A stretch of DNA of 64,000 nucleotides from an uncultured Alphaproteobacteria bacterium (GTDB lineage Bacteria; Pseudomonadota; Alphaproteobacteria; Bin95): the NCBI GenBank assembly GCA_938083135.1, contig CALLKY010000030.1:8432-72431 (forward strand), written 5' to 3'. Numbering within the stretch: the stretch's first letter is position 1; every line of letters begins with the position of its first letter. The position numbers were made by a program, and so were the translations under genes. This document shows, one piece after another, positions 8,467-19,853 of this stretch. The notes beneath the pieces were generated by a model. It was given only the letters and a program-made list of their open reading frames with translations. It searched no databases and had not been told where the DNA came from.

Positions 8467-9543
8467 ATGGCGCAACCCTCCCTCAAGGTCGTAGAGAACT
8501 CCACAATGGATAAGCAAAAGGCGCTTGAAGCCGCACTCGGTCAGATTGAGCGAGCGTTTGGCAAAGGCTCTATTATGAAGCTTGGCGAGCAAAGCTCGCT
8601 TGAGATTGAAGCCGTATCATCTGGCTCGCTTGGGTTGGATATTGCCCTGGGCGTTGGCGGGTTGCCGCGGGGGCGCATCATCGAGATTTATGGCCCCGAA
8701 AGCTCCGGTAAAACGACGCTGGCCCTGCATGCTGTCGCCGAAGCACAGAGGCTTGGCGGTGTCGCAGCCTTTGTCGATGCGGAACATGCGCTTGATCCAG
8801 CCTATGCCAAAAAGCTTGGCGTTAACTTGGATGAGCTGCTGATCTCGCAACCAGATACGGGCGAGCAGGCACTTGAGATTGTAGATACGCTGGTCCGCAG
8901 TCAGGCGCTTGATATTCTCGTGATTGATAGCGTCGCGGCATTGACGCCACGGGCTGAGATCGAAGGCGAAATGGGTGATTCCCTGCCGGGCTTGCAAGCG
9001 CGCCTAATGAGCCAGGCATTGCGTAAGCTGACCGCATCAATCTCCAAGAGCCGGACGATGGTTATCTTCATTAACCAGATCCGCATGAAGATCGGCGTGA
9101 TGTTTGGCAGCCCAGAAACCACAACGGGCGGCAATGCGCTGAAGTTTTATGCGACGGTGCGCCTTGATATTCGCCGGATTGGTCAGATCAAAGACAAGGA
9201 CGAAGTCGTGGGCAACCACACCCGCGTCCGTGTTGTGAAGAATAAAGTGGCACCGCCGTTTAAAGTCGTTGAATTCGACATCATGTACGGCAAGGGCATT
9301 TCCAAGACGGGTGAGTTGATCGATCTTGGCGTTAAGGCGGACATCGTTGAGAAGTCGGGGTCCTGGTTCTCATTTGATGGTGAGCGCTTGGGGCAGGGCC
9401 GTGAGAATTCAAAAACATTCCTTGCGCAGAACCCGGATGTCGCTGCCACGATTGAGCATCGCGTTCGTGAGAATGCAGGCCTTGTCGCTGAATTGATGAT
9501 GACAGGCGAGGGCGATGATGAAGATGATGACGAGGTAGTCTAG
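8467..9543 (+). CDS. recA: Recombinase RecA.
   Basis: The protein begins [26 protein letters not shown], contains the Walker A motif GPESSGKTT, and has an acidic C-terminal tail. Start chosen at the Met with a GGAG RBS; ATG at 8455 is an alternative. Confidence 0.95.
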   Translation: MAQPSLKVVENSTMDKQKALEAALGQIERAFGKGSIMKLGEQSSLEIEAVSSGSLGLDIALGVGGLPRGRIIEIYGPESSGKTTLALHAVAEAQRLGGVAAFVDAEHALDPAYAKKLGVNLDELLISQPDTGEQALEIVDTLVRSQALDILVIDSVAALTPRAEIEGEMGDSLPGLQARLMSQALRKLTASISKSRTMVIFINQIRMKIGVMFGSPETTTGGNALKFYATVRLDIRRIGQIKDKDEVVGNHTRVRVVKNKVAPPFKVVEFDIMYGKGISKTGELIDLGVKADIVEKSGSWFSFDGERLGQGRENSKTFLAQNPDVAATIEHRVRENAGLVAELMMTGEGDDEDDDEVV

Positions 9544-9588
9544 CGTCTAATCCGCATCACCGGGGCCGGTCTGGCTCTGGACAGAATA

Positions 9589-9625
9589 AGGGCCGGCGCG
9601 GTACATCCGTTAGCCGGTCCTTTGC
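9589..9625 (+). terminator. Candidate hairpin terminator after recA.
   Basis: An AGGGCCGGC...GCCGGTCCT stem (9 bp, one G-U pair) is followed by TTGCATTCT. Confidence 0.35.
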
Positions 9626-9670
9626 ATTCTGGACCCATATGTGAATTCTTCCAGTTTGGGGCTTTGAGCC

Positions 9671-12325
9671 ATGGCGACGGCCAACGAAATCCGCAGGGCG
9701 TTTTTGGACTATTTCGCGAAGAACGGGCACGAGATCGTCTCGTCGAGCCCGCTTGTACCGTTGAATGACCCCACTTTGCTGTTCACGAACGCAGGGATGG
9801 TGCAGTTCAAGAACGTATTTACAGGCGTTGAGCAGCGGGATTACAGCCGCGCCGTCACCTCCCAGAAATGCGTGCGCGCGGGCGGCAAGCACAATGATCT
9901 TGAGAATGTCGGCTACACGGCACGCCACCACACCTTCTTTGAGATGCTCGGCAATTTCTCATTTGGCGATTATTTCAAAGACCAGGCGATCGAGCTCGCA
10001 TGGAATTTGATCACTAAGGAATATGGCCTTCCGGCAGAGAAGCTGCTGGTTACGGTCTATTCTGAGGATGAAGACGCGGCCACACTCTGGAAGAAGATCG
10101 CGGGCCTGACCGATGACAAGATCATCCGTATCCCGACCAGCGATAATTTCTGGTCCATGGGCGATACTGGCCCTTGCGGCCCGTGCTCCGAAATTTTCTT
10201 CGATCATGGCGACAAAATTCCAGGTGGCCCGCCAGGCTCACCAGATGAGGATGGCGACAGGTTCATTGAGATTTGGAACCTCGTCTTCATGCAATATGAG
10301 CAGGTCTCGAAAGAGGAGCGCATTGGCCTGCCGCGCCCTTCCATCGACACAGGGATGGGCTTGGAACGCCTGACGGCCGTGCTGCAGGGCAAGCACGATA
10401 ACTATGACATCGACCTGATGCGTGCGCTGATTGAGGATGTTGCGTCCAAAACCGGTGTTGATCCAGATGGCCCGCAATATGCCTCGCACCGTGTTATCGC
10501 TGATCACATCAGGGCCGCATCCTTCTTGATCACAGATGGCGTTCTGCCTTCGAACGAAGGGCGCGGATATGTGCTGCGTCGGATCATGCGGCGCGGTATG
10601 CGCCATGCGCATATGCTCGGTGCAGAGGACCCGCTGCTCCACAAAATCGCCCCCACTTTGGCGCGTGAGATGGGGGATGATTATCCTGAGTTACGGACGG
10701 CCTCTACGTTGATTGAAGAAACACTGAGGCTGGAAGAAGAGCGTTTTAAGATAACGTTAGACCGTGGCCTTAAGCTTTTAGATGATGCAATAGCACCACT
10801 TGGCGAAGGCGAAGAGCTTGAAGGTGAAACGGCCTTTAAGCTGTATGACACATTCGGGTTCCCGCTCGATCTGACCCAGGATATTCTGCGCGGGCAGGGG
10901 CGAACCGTTGAGATTGACGGGTTCAATGCGGCCATGGAGCGGCAACGCGAAGCTGCTCGCAGCGCCTGGGTTGGCAGTGGGGATGCTGGCGATACCGCAC
11001 TCTGGTTCAAGCTGCGTGAACGCCTCGGCCCGACCGAATTTTTAGGCTATGCCCAAGAAACGGCAGAGGGCGTTGCAATGGCGCTCGTCTCAGAAGGCGC
11101 TGAGGTCACAGAAATTGCTGCGGGTCAGACAGGCTTCGTGCTTCTCAACCAAACGCCATTCTATGCTGAATCCGGTGGCCAGGTTGGCGATATGGGCCGT
11201 ATGACCGGCCCTGACGGCGTCACAGCCAAAGTGCTTGATGTGCAAAAGCAGGTTGGCGCGCTCTGGGCGCACCGGGTTGAGGTTGAATCCGGTGCAATCA
11301 CTGTCGATATGCCACTGGAACTTGCCGTAGACGGCGAGCGACGCGGCCATATCCGGCGCAATCACTCTGCCACGCATTTGCTCCATGCAGCACTCCGTGA
11401 CGCTTTGGGTGATCATGTTGCGCAGAAAGGCTCACTGGTGTCGCCAGACCGGTTGCGCTTCGACATATCGCATCCCAAGGGCATTTCTGATGATGAGATG
11501 GCGGCGGTCGAGCATGCCGTCAACCAACGCATCCGGATGAACAGTGCGGTGAACACCCGCGTTATGCCAACGGACCAAGCCATTGAAGCCGGTGCAATGG
11601 CGCTTTTCGGTGAGAAATATGGCGATGAAGTCCGTGTCGTCACTATGGGCGGTGAGGCAGCACCTGGCGCTGGCAAAGATTGGTCAGTTGAACTTTGTGG
11701 CGGGATCCATGTGGATAGGACGGGCGATATCGGTGGATTTGTCGTTATGTCTGAAGGCGCTGTTGCTGCAGACGTTCGCCGGATTGAAGCTGTGACAGGG
11801 CAAGCCGCCGAAAGCTTCGTCGCAGAGCGTCGCCAGCTTTTGAGTGAGATTGCGGGCGTGCTGAAATCGACCCCTGAAGAAGCGCCCGCCCGGATCGCGC
11901 AAATCATCAAAGAGCGCCGTAAGTTTGAGCGAGAAGCGGCTGACCTTAGGCGTGAGCTTGCCACGGGCGGCGGTAGCGCAGAAACGCCTGAAGCCAAAGA
12001 CGTTGGCGGCGTGAAATTCATCGGAAAGGCGCTGAGCGGCGTGCCGGCACGGGAACTTAAATCCATGGCGGATGCGCTGAAGGGGCAAGTTGGCTCCGGC
12101 GTCGTCGCCGTTGTGGCTGAAGATCAGGGCAAGGCGTCCCTGGTGGTTGCTGTAACGCCAGACCTTAAGGGCAAGGTCGATGCCGTGGCACTTGTGCGTG
12201 CGGGCTCTGCCGCAGTTGGCGGTAAGGGCGGCGGCGGTCGCCCGGATATGGCGCAGGCGGGCGGGCCTGATGGCGACAAAATCAACGAAGGCCTTGCCGC
12301 AATTGAAGCTGCGCTGGCCGGATAG
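9671..12325 (+). CDS. alaS: Alanine--tRNA ligase.
   Basis: An 884-aa protein with the class II AlaRS N-terminus ([20 protein letters not shown]...[10 protein letters not shown]) and the editing-domain/C-Ala region. Confidence 0.95.
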   Translation: MATANEIRRAFLDYFAKNGHEIVSSSPLVPLNDPTLLFTNAGMVQFKNVFTGVEQRDYSRAVTSQKCVRAGGKHNDLENVGYTARHHTFFEMLGNFSFGDYFKDQAIELAWNLITKEYGLPAEKLLVTVYSEDEDAATLWKKIAGLTDDKIIRIPTSDNFWSMGDTGPCGPCSEIFFDHGDKIPGGPPGSPDEDGDRFIEIWNLVFMQYEQVSKEERIGLPRPSIDTGMGLERLTAVLQGKHDNYDIDLMRALIEDVASKTGVDPDGPQYASHRVIADHIRAASFLITDGVLPSNEGRGYVLRRIMRRGMRHAHMLGAEDPLLHKIAPTLAREMGDDYPELRTASTLIEETLRLEEERFKITLDRGLKLLDDAIAPLGEGEELEGETAFKLYDTFGFPLDLTQDILRGQGRTVEIDGFNAAMERQREAARSAWVGSGDAGDTALWFKLRERLGPTEFLGYAQETAEGVAMALVSEGAEVTEIAAGQTGFVLLNQTPFYAESGGQVGDMGRMTGPDGVTAKVLDVQKQVGALWAHRVEVESGAITVDMPLELAVDGERRGHIRRNHSATHLLHAALRDALGDHVAQKGSLVSPDRLRFDISHPKGISDDEMAAVEHAVNQRIRMNSAVNTRVMPTDQAIEAGAMALFGEKYGDEVRVVTMGGEAAPGAGKDWSVELCGGIHVDRTGDIGGFVVMSEGAVAADVRRIEAVTGQAAESFVAERRQLLSEIAGVLKSTPEEAPARIAQIIKERRKFEREAADLRRELATGGGSAETPEAKDVGGVKFIGKALSGVPARELKSMADALKGQVGSGVVAVVAEDQGKASLVVAVTPDLKGKVDAVALVRAGSAAVGGKGGGGRPDMAQAGGPDGDKINEGLAAIEAALAG

Positions 12326-12336
12326 GAGACATAGAC

Positions 12337-12693
12337 GTGAGCGATGATATCGTTATCTGGCACAATCCACGCTGCTCGAAATCCCGGCAAACAATGCAAT
12401 TGCTGACGGATGCTGGCGTTGAGCCAACAGTGATTGAGTATCTGAAGACTCCGCCTGAACCCTCGGAAATAAAACGCGTCCTTAGCATTTTGAATATCGC
12501 GCCCAAAGCCCTTATGCGCACGAAAGAGGCTGCCTTTAAGGAAAACGGCCTTGGCGCTGCGGATGTCTCAGATGATGCGCTGGTCGCCGCCATGGCAGCA
12601 CACCCCATTCTGATTGAGCGGCCTGTTGTCATTAAGGGCGATCGGGCCGTCATTGGGCGACCGCCCGAAAACGTCAACGCATTGCTGAAATAG
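12337..12693 (+). CDS. ArsC/Spx-family protein (arsenate reductase-like, YffB-type).
   Basis: A 118-aa protein with a redox Cys motif near the N-terminus ([13 protein letters not shown]). GTG start with a GGAG RBS. Confidence 0.7.
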   Translation: MSDDIVIWHNPRCSKSRQTMQLLTDAGVEPTVIEYLKTPPEPSEIKRVLSILNIAPKALMRTKEAAFKENGLGAADVSDDALVAAMAAHPILIERPVVIKGDRAVIGRPPENVNALLK

Positions 12694-12719
12694 AAAAAGA
12701 CCAACCGGAGGAATATCCC

Positions 12720-13901
12720 ATGCGCGAAGCCGTTATTGTTTCAACCGCCCGCACGCCAATCGGCAAAGCCTATCGCGGTGCCTTCAATGACCTGGAAGCC
12801 CCGACAATGGGCGGCCATGCGATTCAGGCCGCTGTTGAGCGGGCCAAGCTTGATGCTGCAGATGTTGAAGACTGCGTCATCGGCTCTGCAGTGCAGCAGG
12901 GCACGTCCGGCTACAATATTGGCCGTCTTGCTGGCTTGACTGGTGGCTTGCCTGCCAGCGTTGCAGGCATGAGCATCGACCGCCAATGCGCATCCGGCAT
13001 GATGGCGATCGCGACGGCCTCGAAGCAGGTGATTGCGGATAATATGGATGTTGTGGTGGCAGGCGGGCTTGAATCCATCAGCCTTGTCCAGAATGACCAC
13101 CGTAATACCCACCGCACCCAAGATCAGAACCTGCTGCAGAAGCATCCCAACATTTATATGGCGATGCTGGAAACGGCAGAAACGGTGGCCTCACGCTACA
13201 ATATTTCCCGCGCGGCCCAGGACGAATACGGCCTGCTGTCCCAACAGCGGACAGCTGCGGCACAGGAAGCTGGCAAGTTCGATGATGAAATCGTGCCCAT
13301 CACCGTCGACAAAGTGGTGTTCGACAAGGAAACCAAGCAGGCTTCCGCTCAGCGTGTGACGCTTTCCAAGGATGAGGGCAACCGGCCTGAAACCAATGCT
13401 GAAGGCCTCGCAAATCTGAAGCCAGTGATTGAAGGTGGCTGCATCACAGCTGGCAATGCGAGCCAGCTATCTGATGGCGCCAGTGCAGCGGTTGTCATGG
13501 AAGCAAATGAGGCCTCCAAGCGCGGCCTGGCACCGCTTGGCCTGTATAAAGGCATGGCAGTCGCGGGCTGTGAGCCCGATGAAATGGGCATTGGCCCGGT
13601 CTTCGCTATTCCCAAGCTGCTGAAGAAGTTCGGCCTGTCTATGGACGATATTGGCCTTTGGGAACTGAACGAGGCCTTTGCTGTGCAGGTGTTGTATTGC
13701 CGCGATAAGCTTGGCATTCCCAATGACCTGCTGAACGTCAATGGCGGCGCGATTTCCATTGGCCACCCCTACGGCATGTCTGGCGCGCGGATGGTTGGCC
13801 ATGCGTTGATCGAAGGCAAGCGTCGCGGCGCTAAGCATGTCGTCTGCACCATGTGCGTTGGCGGCGGCATGGGTGCTGCTGGGTTGTTCGAGGTCCTGTA
13901 A
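12720..13901 (+). CDS. Acetyl-CoA C-acetyltransferase (thiolase).
   Basis: The protein has an active-site Cys in the [12 protein letters not shown] context and the C-terminal [14 protein letters not shown] thiolase signature. Confidence 0.9.
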   Translation: MREAVIVSTARTPIGKAYRGAFNDLEAPTMGGHAIQAAVERAKLDAADVEDCVIGSAVQQGTSGYNIGRLAGLTGGLPASVAGMSIDRQCASGMMAIATASKQVIADNMDVVVAGGLESISLVQNDHRNTHRTQDQNLLQKHPNIYMAMLETAETVASRYNISRAAQDEYGLLSQQRTAAAQEAGKFDDEIVPITVDKVVFDKETKQASAQRVTLSKDEGNRPETNAEGLANLKPVIEGGCITAGNASQLSDGASAAVVMEANEASKRGLAPLGLYKGMAVAGCEPDEMGIGPVFAIPKLLKKFGLSMDDIGLWELNEAFAVQVLYCRDKLGIPNDLLNVNGGAISIGHPYGMSGARMVGHALIEGKRRGAKHVVCTMCVGGGMGAAGLFEVL

Positions 13902-13930
13902 TCCCGAAGGCCGGGTGGAGTTATTCCTGA

Positions 13931-15445
13931 ATGGCGATAGCCGCCGCCCGGCCTGAGGACTACACCGGCTTTCAGCGGGCAATCATCCTGGCGACAGTCA
14001 CGATGGCGACCACGCTGTACGCCACGACGATCCTTGTCGTCAGCGTAATCCTGCCGCAGATGCAGGGCTCTTTGTCTGCAACCCAGGACCAGATTGCCTG
14101 GGTGGTTACGTTCAACATTCTGGCGACTGCCGTTGCGACGCCCATGACAGGCTGGCTGGCGGGCAAGTTTGGTCGCCGCAAGACGATGATCTACTGCCAG
14201 CTTGGCTTCTTGGTCAGTACGTTGGCGTGCGGGTTCGCACCGAACCTGGAGCTTCTGGTGATCGCCCGGGTATTCCAGGGCGCTTTCGGCGCACCAATTG
14301 TGCCGCTGGCCCAGGCGACGATCCTGGATACCTTTCCAAAAGAAAAGCAGGCGTTTGGCACGGCCATATTCGGCATGGGCGTTGTTATCGGCCCTGTGAT
14401 TGGGCCTGTCTTAGGCGGCTATCTGGCGGACATTTATAACTGGCGCTGGGCGTTCTACATGATCGTCCCTGCCGCCGCATTGGCTCTGGCGGCGCTGGCG
14501 CTGTTCTTGCCGGAATCCCGTAACCGCAGCACGGCTAAGCTCGACTGGACCGGGTTCCTCACACTGATCGTCTCTGTTGGTGCCATGCAGCTTATGCTGG
14601 ATAGGGGCAATCGGCAGGATTGGTTTCAATCGTTTGAGATCATGATTGAAGCTGGAATCGCGATCCTGGCGCTGTATCTCTTTATTGTTCATAGCCTGAC
14701 CACCAAGAACCCGTTCCTGAACCTCCGGCACTTGCTAGATCGAAACTATGCGCTCGGCCTTATGTTCGTAACGGTCTACGGCATGCTGAATTTCACGCCG
14801 ATGGTGCTATTTCCGCCAATGCTTCAGGGCTTGATGGGATATCCGAATGCGATCATCGGGGAGCTCTTGGGCGCACGCGGAGGCGGGGCCATTTTGGGCT
14901 TTTTTGCCGCCATGTGGATATCCAAGCTGGACCCGCGGATTGGCCTTCTATTCGGCTGCGCGGTGCAGGCAGCATCCGGCATGTGGATGATGAGCTTTTC
15001 GCTCGACGTCTCTTTTCAGGAAGTGGCGACGGCCAGTGCGCTGCAGGGCTTTTCCGTTGGCATTATCTGGCCGCCGCTAACCGTGGCGACGTTCCGCACG
15101 ATTGATTCCAAGTATCTGGCAGAGACATCCGCCATCTTCCACCTGCTGCGAAACTTGGGAAGTTCGGTCTTCATTAGTCTGTCCATCACGACCCTCGTCC
15201 GCTCTACCACAGTGAATTACGGCCGGTTGGCGGAATTCATCACGCCCTATAATGAGAATTTGCAGGGCGCTATCGCTTTAGGCGCTGCTGACCCAGGGGC
15301 TGCGGATGGGCTTGCTAGAATCAGCGTCGCCGTTGCAAAGCAGGCAGGAATGCTAGGGTTTTTGGATGCCTTCACGCTCTACACTGCCGCTTGTTTTGCG
15401 GTCTTTTTGATGATCCCATTGTTTCGGATCCGTACTGCGGCGTAA
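13931..15445 (+). CDS. MFS transporter, DHA2 (EmrB/QacA-like, 14 TM).
   Basis: MFS motif A ([11 protein letters not shown]) is present and the protein is a 504-aa polytopic membrane protein. Confidence 0.8.
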   Translation: MAIAAARPEDYTGFQRAIILATVTMATTLYATTILVVSVILPQMQGSLSATQDQIAWVVTFNILATAVATPMTGWLAGKFGRRKTMIYCQLGFLVSTLACGFAPNLELLVIARVFQGAFGAPIVPLAQATILDTFPKEKQAFGTAIFGMGVVIGPVIGPVLGGYLADIYNWRWAFYMIVPAAALALAALALFLPESRNRSTAKLDWTGFLTLIVSVGAMQLMLDRGNRQDWFQSFEIMIEAGIAILALYLFIVHSLTTKNPFLNLRHLLDRNYALGLMFVTVYGMLNFTPMVLFPPMLQGLMGYPNAIIGELLGARGGGAILGFFAAMWISKLDPRIGLLFGCAVQAASGMWMMSFSLDVSFQEVATASALQGFSVGIIWPPLTVATFRTIDSKYLAETSAIFHLLRNLGSSVFISLSITTLVRSTTVNYGRLAEFITPYNENLQGAIALGAADPGAADGLARISVAVAKQAGMLGFLDAFTLYTAACFAVFLMIPLFRIRTAA

Positions 15446-15555
15446 TCGCACCCTGTCTTCTGGGCGCCATGGGCTCGCCAAACGGGTTTGGGTGCACTAT
15501 TTTACTATTTGGTTCGATGCATGGGCGGCAGTTCTGCCCACAGGAGAAGCTTAAG

Positions 15556-16179
15556 ATGGATCATGTGAGCAACGCTAAGGCAGACGCGGCAGTCGCCGAG
15601 AGCGCCGAAACTGGCCGTCCAAGCCGCACGGAAGCTGAGGCTGCTGTGCGCACGCTGCTCCGCTGGGCCGGTGACGACCCGACCCGTGAGGGCCTGATTG
15701 ATACACCAAGCCGCGTCGCCCGCGCCTGGGAGGATTTCTTCTCAGGCTATGAGATCGATCCGATCGACGTGCTCGCACGGACATTCGAAGAAGTTGATGG
15801 CTATGATGAAATCGTGCTGATGCGCGATATTCGCGTGGAAAGCCATTGCGAACATCACATCGTGCCAATTATCGGCAAAGCGCATGTTGCGTATCTACCG
15901 AACGAACGCGTTGTTGGCATCTCCAAGCTGGCACGTGTCGTTGAAGTGTACGCCAAGCGCCTGCAGGTTCAGGAAACCATGACGGCACAGGTCGCCAATG
16001 CGATTGAAAAAGTGCTGGAGCCTCGCGGCGTTGCCGTATACGTCGAAGCGCAGCATCAGTGCATGACCACCCGCGGCGTTCACATGCCCGGCGTCGACAC
16101 GGTGACCACCAGCATGCGCGGCGCCTTCCGCACGGACCCTGTTATGCGTAGCGAATTCTTCCAACTTATCGGGAAGTAG
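15556..16179 (+). CDS. folE: GTP cyclohydrolase I.
   Basis: Conserved [21 protein letters not shown] and QVQE motifs are present. Start chosen at the ATG with an AGGAG RBS (15556); the ORF track extends to 15391 and overlaps the MFS gene. Confidence 0.9.
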   Translation: MDHVSNAKADAAVAESAETGRPSRTEAEAAVRTLLRWAGDDPTREGLIDTPSRVARAWEDFFSGYEIDPIDVLARTFEEVDGYDEIVLMRDIRVESHCEHHIVPIIGKAHVAYLPNERVVGISKLARVVEVYAKRLQVQETMTAQVANAIEKVLEPRGVAVYVEAQHQCMTTRGVHMPGVDTVTTSMRGAFRTDPVMRSEFFQLIGK

Positions 16180-16187
16180 GGCTGAGC

Positions 16188-16207
16188 GGCGACGATGTTG
16201 CGTCGCC
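16188..16207 (+). terminator. Inverted repeat after folE (GGCGACG-atgttg-CGTCGCC).
   Basis: A perfect 7-bp stem with a 6-nt loop. The T-tract is weak, so this may be only a stem-loop. Confidence 0.25.
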
Positions 16208-16245
16208 GTATTGCGCACTAAGTATGAATTTGTTATGCTGTCCGG

Positions 16246-16521
16246 ATGCCCTCACGCAGAACATTTTCGCTAGGCAGCCATTTCGATGGCGTCATTGATT
16301 CACAGCTAGCGGCTGGACGTTTTGACAACGCTTCGGAAGTCGTGCGCGCGGGATTGCGCCTGCTTGAGGATTATGAGGCGCGAATGTCTCGCCTTCGTCA
16401 AGACATTGCAAAAGCGGATGCGCAGATTACGAATGGCGAGGGCATTGCCGTTAGTGATTCGAGAGCGTTTGCGAATGACATTGTAGGACGAGGGCGTGCG
16501 CGATTGAACCAAGAACAGTAA
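16246..16521 (+). CDS. parD: ParD-type antitoxin (ribbon-helix-helix, CC2985/COG3609 family).
   Basis: SLGSHFDGVIDSQLAAGRFDNASEVVRAGLRLLEDYEARM matches the ParD1 consensus (SLGDHFQ..IDSQV.SGRY.SASEVVRAALRLLEE). Confidence 0.7.
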   Translation: MPSRRTFSLGSHFDGVIDSQLAAGRFDNASEVVRAGLRLLEDYEARMSRLRQDIAKADAQITNGEGIAVSDSRAFANDIVGRGRARLNQEQ

Positions 16522-16802
16522 TCTACGCACCTGCGGCTCGGGCGGACCTTGATCAGATATTCGACTATATCGCTAGTGATAATCCGGTCAGAGCTGAGTC
16601 TTTTGTGCGCGAAATTGTTGAGCATGTTGCGCAGATTGCGGCGATGGGTGGCGGCGTTTCAAGAAGCTATGTCAGTCACGGATTGTTCGCAATCGTGCAC
16701 GGCCGCTATGTGATTTATTTTCGCCAAACGAAGGATGCCATCCAAATTCTCCGAATTTTGAATGGTGCAAGGGATGTATCGGGACTGCAATTTGATGGCT
16801 AA
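16503..16802 (+). CDS. parE: ParE-type toxin (RelE/ParE superfamily); no canonical start codon.
   Basis: The in-frame region encodes the ParE N-terminus (TVIYAPAARADLDQIFDYIASDNP) and C-terminus (YVIYFRQTKDAIQILRILNGARDV). The only in-frame ATG/GTG/TTG lies downstream at GTG 16605. The coordinates given assume an ATT start at 16503. Confidence 0.55.
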   Translation: MEPRTVIYAPAARADLDQIFDYIASDNPVRAESFVREIVEHVAQIAAMGGGVSRSYVSHGLFAIVHGRYVIYFRQTKDAIQILRILNGARDVSGLQFDG

Positions 16803-16816
16803 CCCGTTTGCGTGCC

Positions 16817-18034
16817 TTAATCCCGCAGTTCCGCGCAGGCTTTCTGGATGCGCTCGCCGCCTAGGATCAGGTCTTCTGTTGATGCAACGAAGCTGGCGCG
16901 GAAGTAGGGGCTGAGGCCATAGGCGGCACCCTGGACGACGGCGACGCCTGCGTGATCAAGCAAGTACATCGTGAAATCTGTATCGGTCTCAATCCGCTTG
17001 CCGTCTGGCGTCAGCTTGCCGATAGCACCGGCGCAGCTGCAATAGCAGTACATGGCTCCTTCAGGCAGTTCGCAGTAGAGGCCGTCAGCCTTGTTAAGGG
17101 CCGCATGGAGGATATCGCGGCGGCGTTGGAGATCGGCGGTCCGTTCGCGCACGAAGGTCTGGTCGCCCGTTAACGCCTCGATAGCGGCGGCCTGGCCCAT
17201 GGCAGAAGAGCCTGCAGTTGACTGGCTCTGCATCTTTGAAGCGTTGGCGATGATGTCTTTGGGGCCACCCGCATAGCCAACGCGCCATCCTGTCATCGAG
17301 AAGGCTTTGGAGACGCTGTTGATCGTCACGGTGCGATCAAACAGCTTTGGTTCAACGGCGGCAATGGTGTGGAACTCACGATCGTCGAAGATAAGATGCT
17401 CATAGACGTCATCGGTGATGATGTGGACATGGGGGTGCCGCAGCAGCACATCTGCCACCGCCTGCAATTCTTCCTTGGTGTAGACGACGCCTGCCGGATT
17501 GGACGGTTGGCAAAGCATGACCCACTTGGTCTCTGGCGTGATTGCTTCTTCAAGGTCTTCGGCGGCCATGCGGAAACCACGGTTCTGCGGGCAATCGACG
17601 AATACGGGCGTGCCGCCTGCAAGCTGGACCATATCAGGATAGCTCGCCCAATAGGGGCCAGGAATGATCACTTCGTCGCCAGTGCCCACGGTCGCCATCA
17701 GCACGTTGAACAGCACCTGCTTGGCACCGGAACCGACACAGATTTCATCCAGGCCATAGTCCAGGCCATTATCGCGCTTGAACTTAAGCTGGGCGGCTTT
17801 GCGCATTTCCAGCGTGCCGTTGATGGGCGTGTAGCGCGCTTCATCCCGGTCCATCGCCTGCATGACAGCCCACTTCACATGGAGTGGCGTCGCGAAGTCA
17901 GGCTCGCCGGCTGTTAACTTCACGATGTCCCTGCCTTGGCCCACAAGTTCGCGAACGCGTTGGGTCGCGATCTGGCTGGGGGAGGGTTTGAAGCGGCTCA
18001 TGCGGGGGGCGAAAAAATTGCTACGATCAGTCAT
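16817..18034 (-). CDS. Aspartate/aromatic aminotransferase (class I PLP-dependent).
   Basis: A 405-aa protein. KLTAGEPDFATP and the SVSKAFSMTGWRVGY region (Lys in the SKxF context) are typical of AspAT. Confidence 0.85.
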   Translation of the reverse strand: MTDRSNFFAPRMSRFKPSPSQIATQRVRELVGQGRDIVKLTAGEPDFATPLHVKWAVMQAMDRDEARYTPINGTLEMRKAAQLKFKRDNGLDYGLDEICVGSGAKQVLFNVLMATVGTGDEVIIPGPYWASYPDMVQLAGGTPVFVDCPQNRGFRMAAEDLEEAITPETKWVMLCQPSNPAGVVYTKEELQAVADVLLRHPHVHIITDDVYEHLIFDDREFHTIAAVEPKLFDRTVTINSVSKAFSMTGWRVGYAGGPKDIIANASKMQSQSTAGSSAMGQAAAIEALTGDQTFVRERTADLQRRRDILHAALNKADGLYCELPEGAMYCYCSCAGAIGKLTPDGKRIETDTDFTMYLLDHAGVAVVQGAAYGLSPYFRASFVASTEDLILGGERIQKACAELRD

Positions 18035-18103
18035 GGCGAGCGGCGTTCCTGCTGGGGGCGAATCAAGTTAGAATTTGCGCGAATTTCATCAAAGGAACAA
18101 GCG

Positions 18104-19045
18104 ATGGCGCGCATCATCACTCTGGGCGGCGCTCAGATGGGTCCAATTCAACTGGCGGACAGCCGCGAAGCCGTGATTGAGCGGATGCTCGATCTGATGG
18201 CGAAGGCGCATGCGAAGGGTGTGGAACTCATCACATTCCCGGAATTGGCGCTGACCACATTCTTCCCCCGCTGGTATCATGAGGACTGGGACCATGTGGA
18301 TGAATGGTTCGACGCAGAAATGCCGGGGCCAACAACACAGCCACTCTTCGATGCCGCTATCAAATACGGCATGGGCTTTTATCTGGGCTACGCAGAGAAG
18401 TTTGAGGATGAAACTGGTGTGCGCCGGTTCAATACCTCCATTCTGGTTGATAAATCTGGCCAGATTGTCGGCAAGTATCGCAAGGTGCATCTGCCGGGCC
18501 ACGTTGAGTATGACGATACCCTGCCATGGCAGCACCTTGAAAAGCGCTATTTCGAAGTTGGTGATCTTGGCTGGCCAGTCTGGCGGACCATGGGTGGCGT
18601 TATGGGCATGGCGCTCTGCAATGACAGGCGCTGGCCGGAGACATACCGGGTGATGGGCCTGCAAGGCGTTGAGCTGGTCATGCTTGGATACAACACGCCA
18701 ACCGGCAATAGCCGTGGCCCAGAAGCGCCGCACCTCCGCATGATGCATAACCATATGTCGATGCAGATGGGCGCTTATCAAAACGGTACCTGGGTCGTTG
18801 GCGTCGCTAAGGCCGGTAGCGAAGATGGGTTTGAGTTGATGGGCGGCAGTGTGATCGTGGCACCATCCGGTGAAATCGTGGCGCAAGCTCGCACACTTGG
18901 CGATGAGGTCATTATGGCAGATGCTGACCTGGACGCCTGCAATTTTAACAAAACAACCATCTTCAATTTCGCTGCTCATCGCAGGCCGGAACACTACGGC
19001 ATCATCACCAGCCAGGCGGGTGCCACGCCGCCGCCAGAGGACTAA
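18104..19045 (+). CDS. Carbon-nitrogen hydrolase family protein, N-carbamoyl-D-amino-acid amidohydrolase-like.
   Basis: The CN-hydrolase catalytic triad context is present (E in ITFPELALT, K in KYRKVHLPG, C in MALCNDRRWPE). Start chosen at the Met with an AAGGA RBS (MARIITLGGAQ). Confidence 0.8.
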   Translation: MARIITLGGAQMGPIQLADSREAVIERMLDLMAKAHAKGVELITFPELALTTFFPRWYHEDWDHVDEWFDAEMPGPTTQPLFDAAIKYGMGFYLGYAEKFEDETGVRRFNTSILVDKSGQIVGKYRKVHLPGHVEYDDTLPWQHLEKRYFEVGDLGWPVWRTMGGVMGMALCNDRRWPETYRVMGLQGVELVMLGYNTPTGNSRGPEAPHLRMMHNHMSMQMGAYQNGTWVVGVAKAGSEDGFELMGGSVIVAPSGEIVAQARTLGDEVIMADADLDACNFNKTTIFNFAAHRRPEHYGIITSQAGATPPPED

Positions 19046-19051
19046 GACCGT

Positions 19052-19708
19052 ATGCAACGCATCCTGATCATCAATCCGAACAGCACGGAAAGCTGCACCG
19101 CATCCATAGACCGGGCTGCAGAAGCGTTTCGCAGTCCGGATATGGAGATCGTTGCGGAAACCGTTGCGGCAGGACCGGTCAGCGTCGCCAGCATGGCGGA
19201 TCATGCCAGGGCGCAGGGGCCGTTGATCGATCACATTACTGGCAGAAATGGCCCGGCCGCAGATGCAATCGTGGTCGCGTGCTTTTCTGATCCGGCATTA
19301 CCTGCCGCAAAGGAAGTATCCGGTCTCCCGTGCTTTGGATTGGGGGAGGCTGGAATGCTTGCTGCCATGCAACGGGGCATGCGGTTCGGCATTTTGGCGC
19401 TGGCGGAGGCATCTGTTGAACGGCAGCAGCGACGGGTGGCGGAACTTGGGATCAGCGCGCGCTATGTGGGTAGTCGCGCCGTATCGCTTTCCGTACCAGA
19501 ACTCGCGGATGCTGATCGTACCGTGTCTGCGATGGCAGAGGCGGGCGCTGCGTTGGTTCGCCAAGACGGTGCCGATGTCGTTGTGATGGGGTGTGCAGGC
19601 ATGGCCGATTATCGAAACGCGCTGGCGGCAGCCGTGGGCCGACCCATTATTGAGCCGACCCAGGCAGCAATCGGCGCTGCGGTGGCTGCAGCGCGCCAGG
19701 GTTGGTGA
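19052..19708 (+). CDS. Asp/Glu/hydantoin racemase family protein.
   Basis: ILIINPNSTESCT near the N-terminus and VVVMGCAGMADY near the C-terminus are the two Cys-containing motifs of hydantoin/aspartate racemase-like enzymes. Confidence 0.7.
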   Translation: MQRILIINPNSTESCTASIDRAAEAFRSPDMEIVAETVAAGPVSVASMADHARAQGPLIDHITGRNGPAADAIVVACFSDPALPAAKEVSGLPCFGLGEAGMLAAMQRGMRFGILALAEASVERQQRRVAELGISARYVGSRAVSLSVPELADADRTVSAMAEAGAALVRQDGADVVVMGCAGMADYRNALAAAVGRPIIEPTQAAIGAAVAAARQGW

Positions 19709-19730
19709 GGGCCTGATCAGCACGGATATT

Positions 19731-19853
19731 CTAGACGAAAGCCAGCACCACAATCATTCCAGCAATGACAAGTGCCAGAGAGATTCCAAGTACGTAACGC
19801 ATATGGCCGGTCGTATATCCGCCCCGCGCATTTTCCATTCTGATGGTAGTCAT
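19731..19853 (-). CDS. Possible 40-aa small membrane protein.
   Basis: ATG preceded by an AAAGGAGAGCCGAA RBS. The product (MTTIRMENARGGYTTGHMRYVLGISLALVIAGMIVVLAFV) has one TM helix. It is below the ORF-track size cut-off. Confidence 0.25.
   Translation of the reverse strand: MTTIRMENARGGYTTGHMRYVLGISLALVIAGMIVVLAFV

Noticed and set aside
18089-19234. 381-aa antisense ORF across the carbamoylase/racemase genes.
   Set aside because: Its composition is Arg/His/Cys-rich, and the sense-strand genes have clear catalytic motifs and RBSs.
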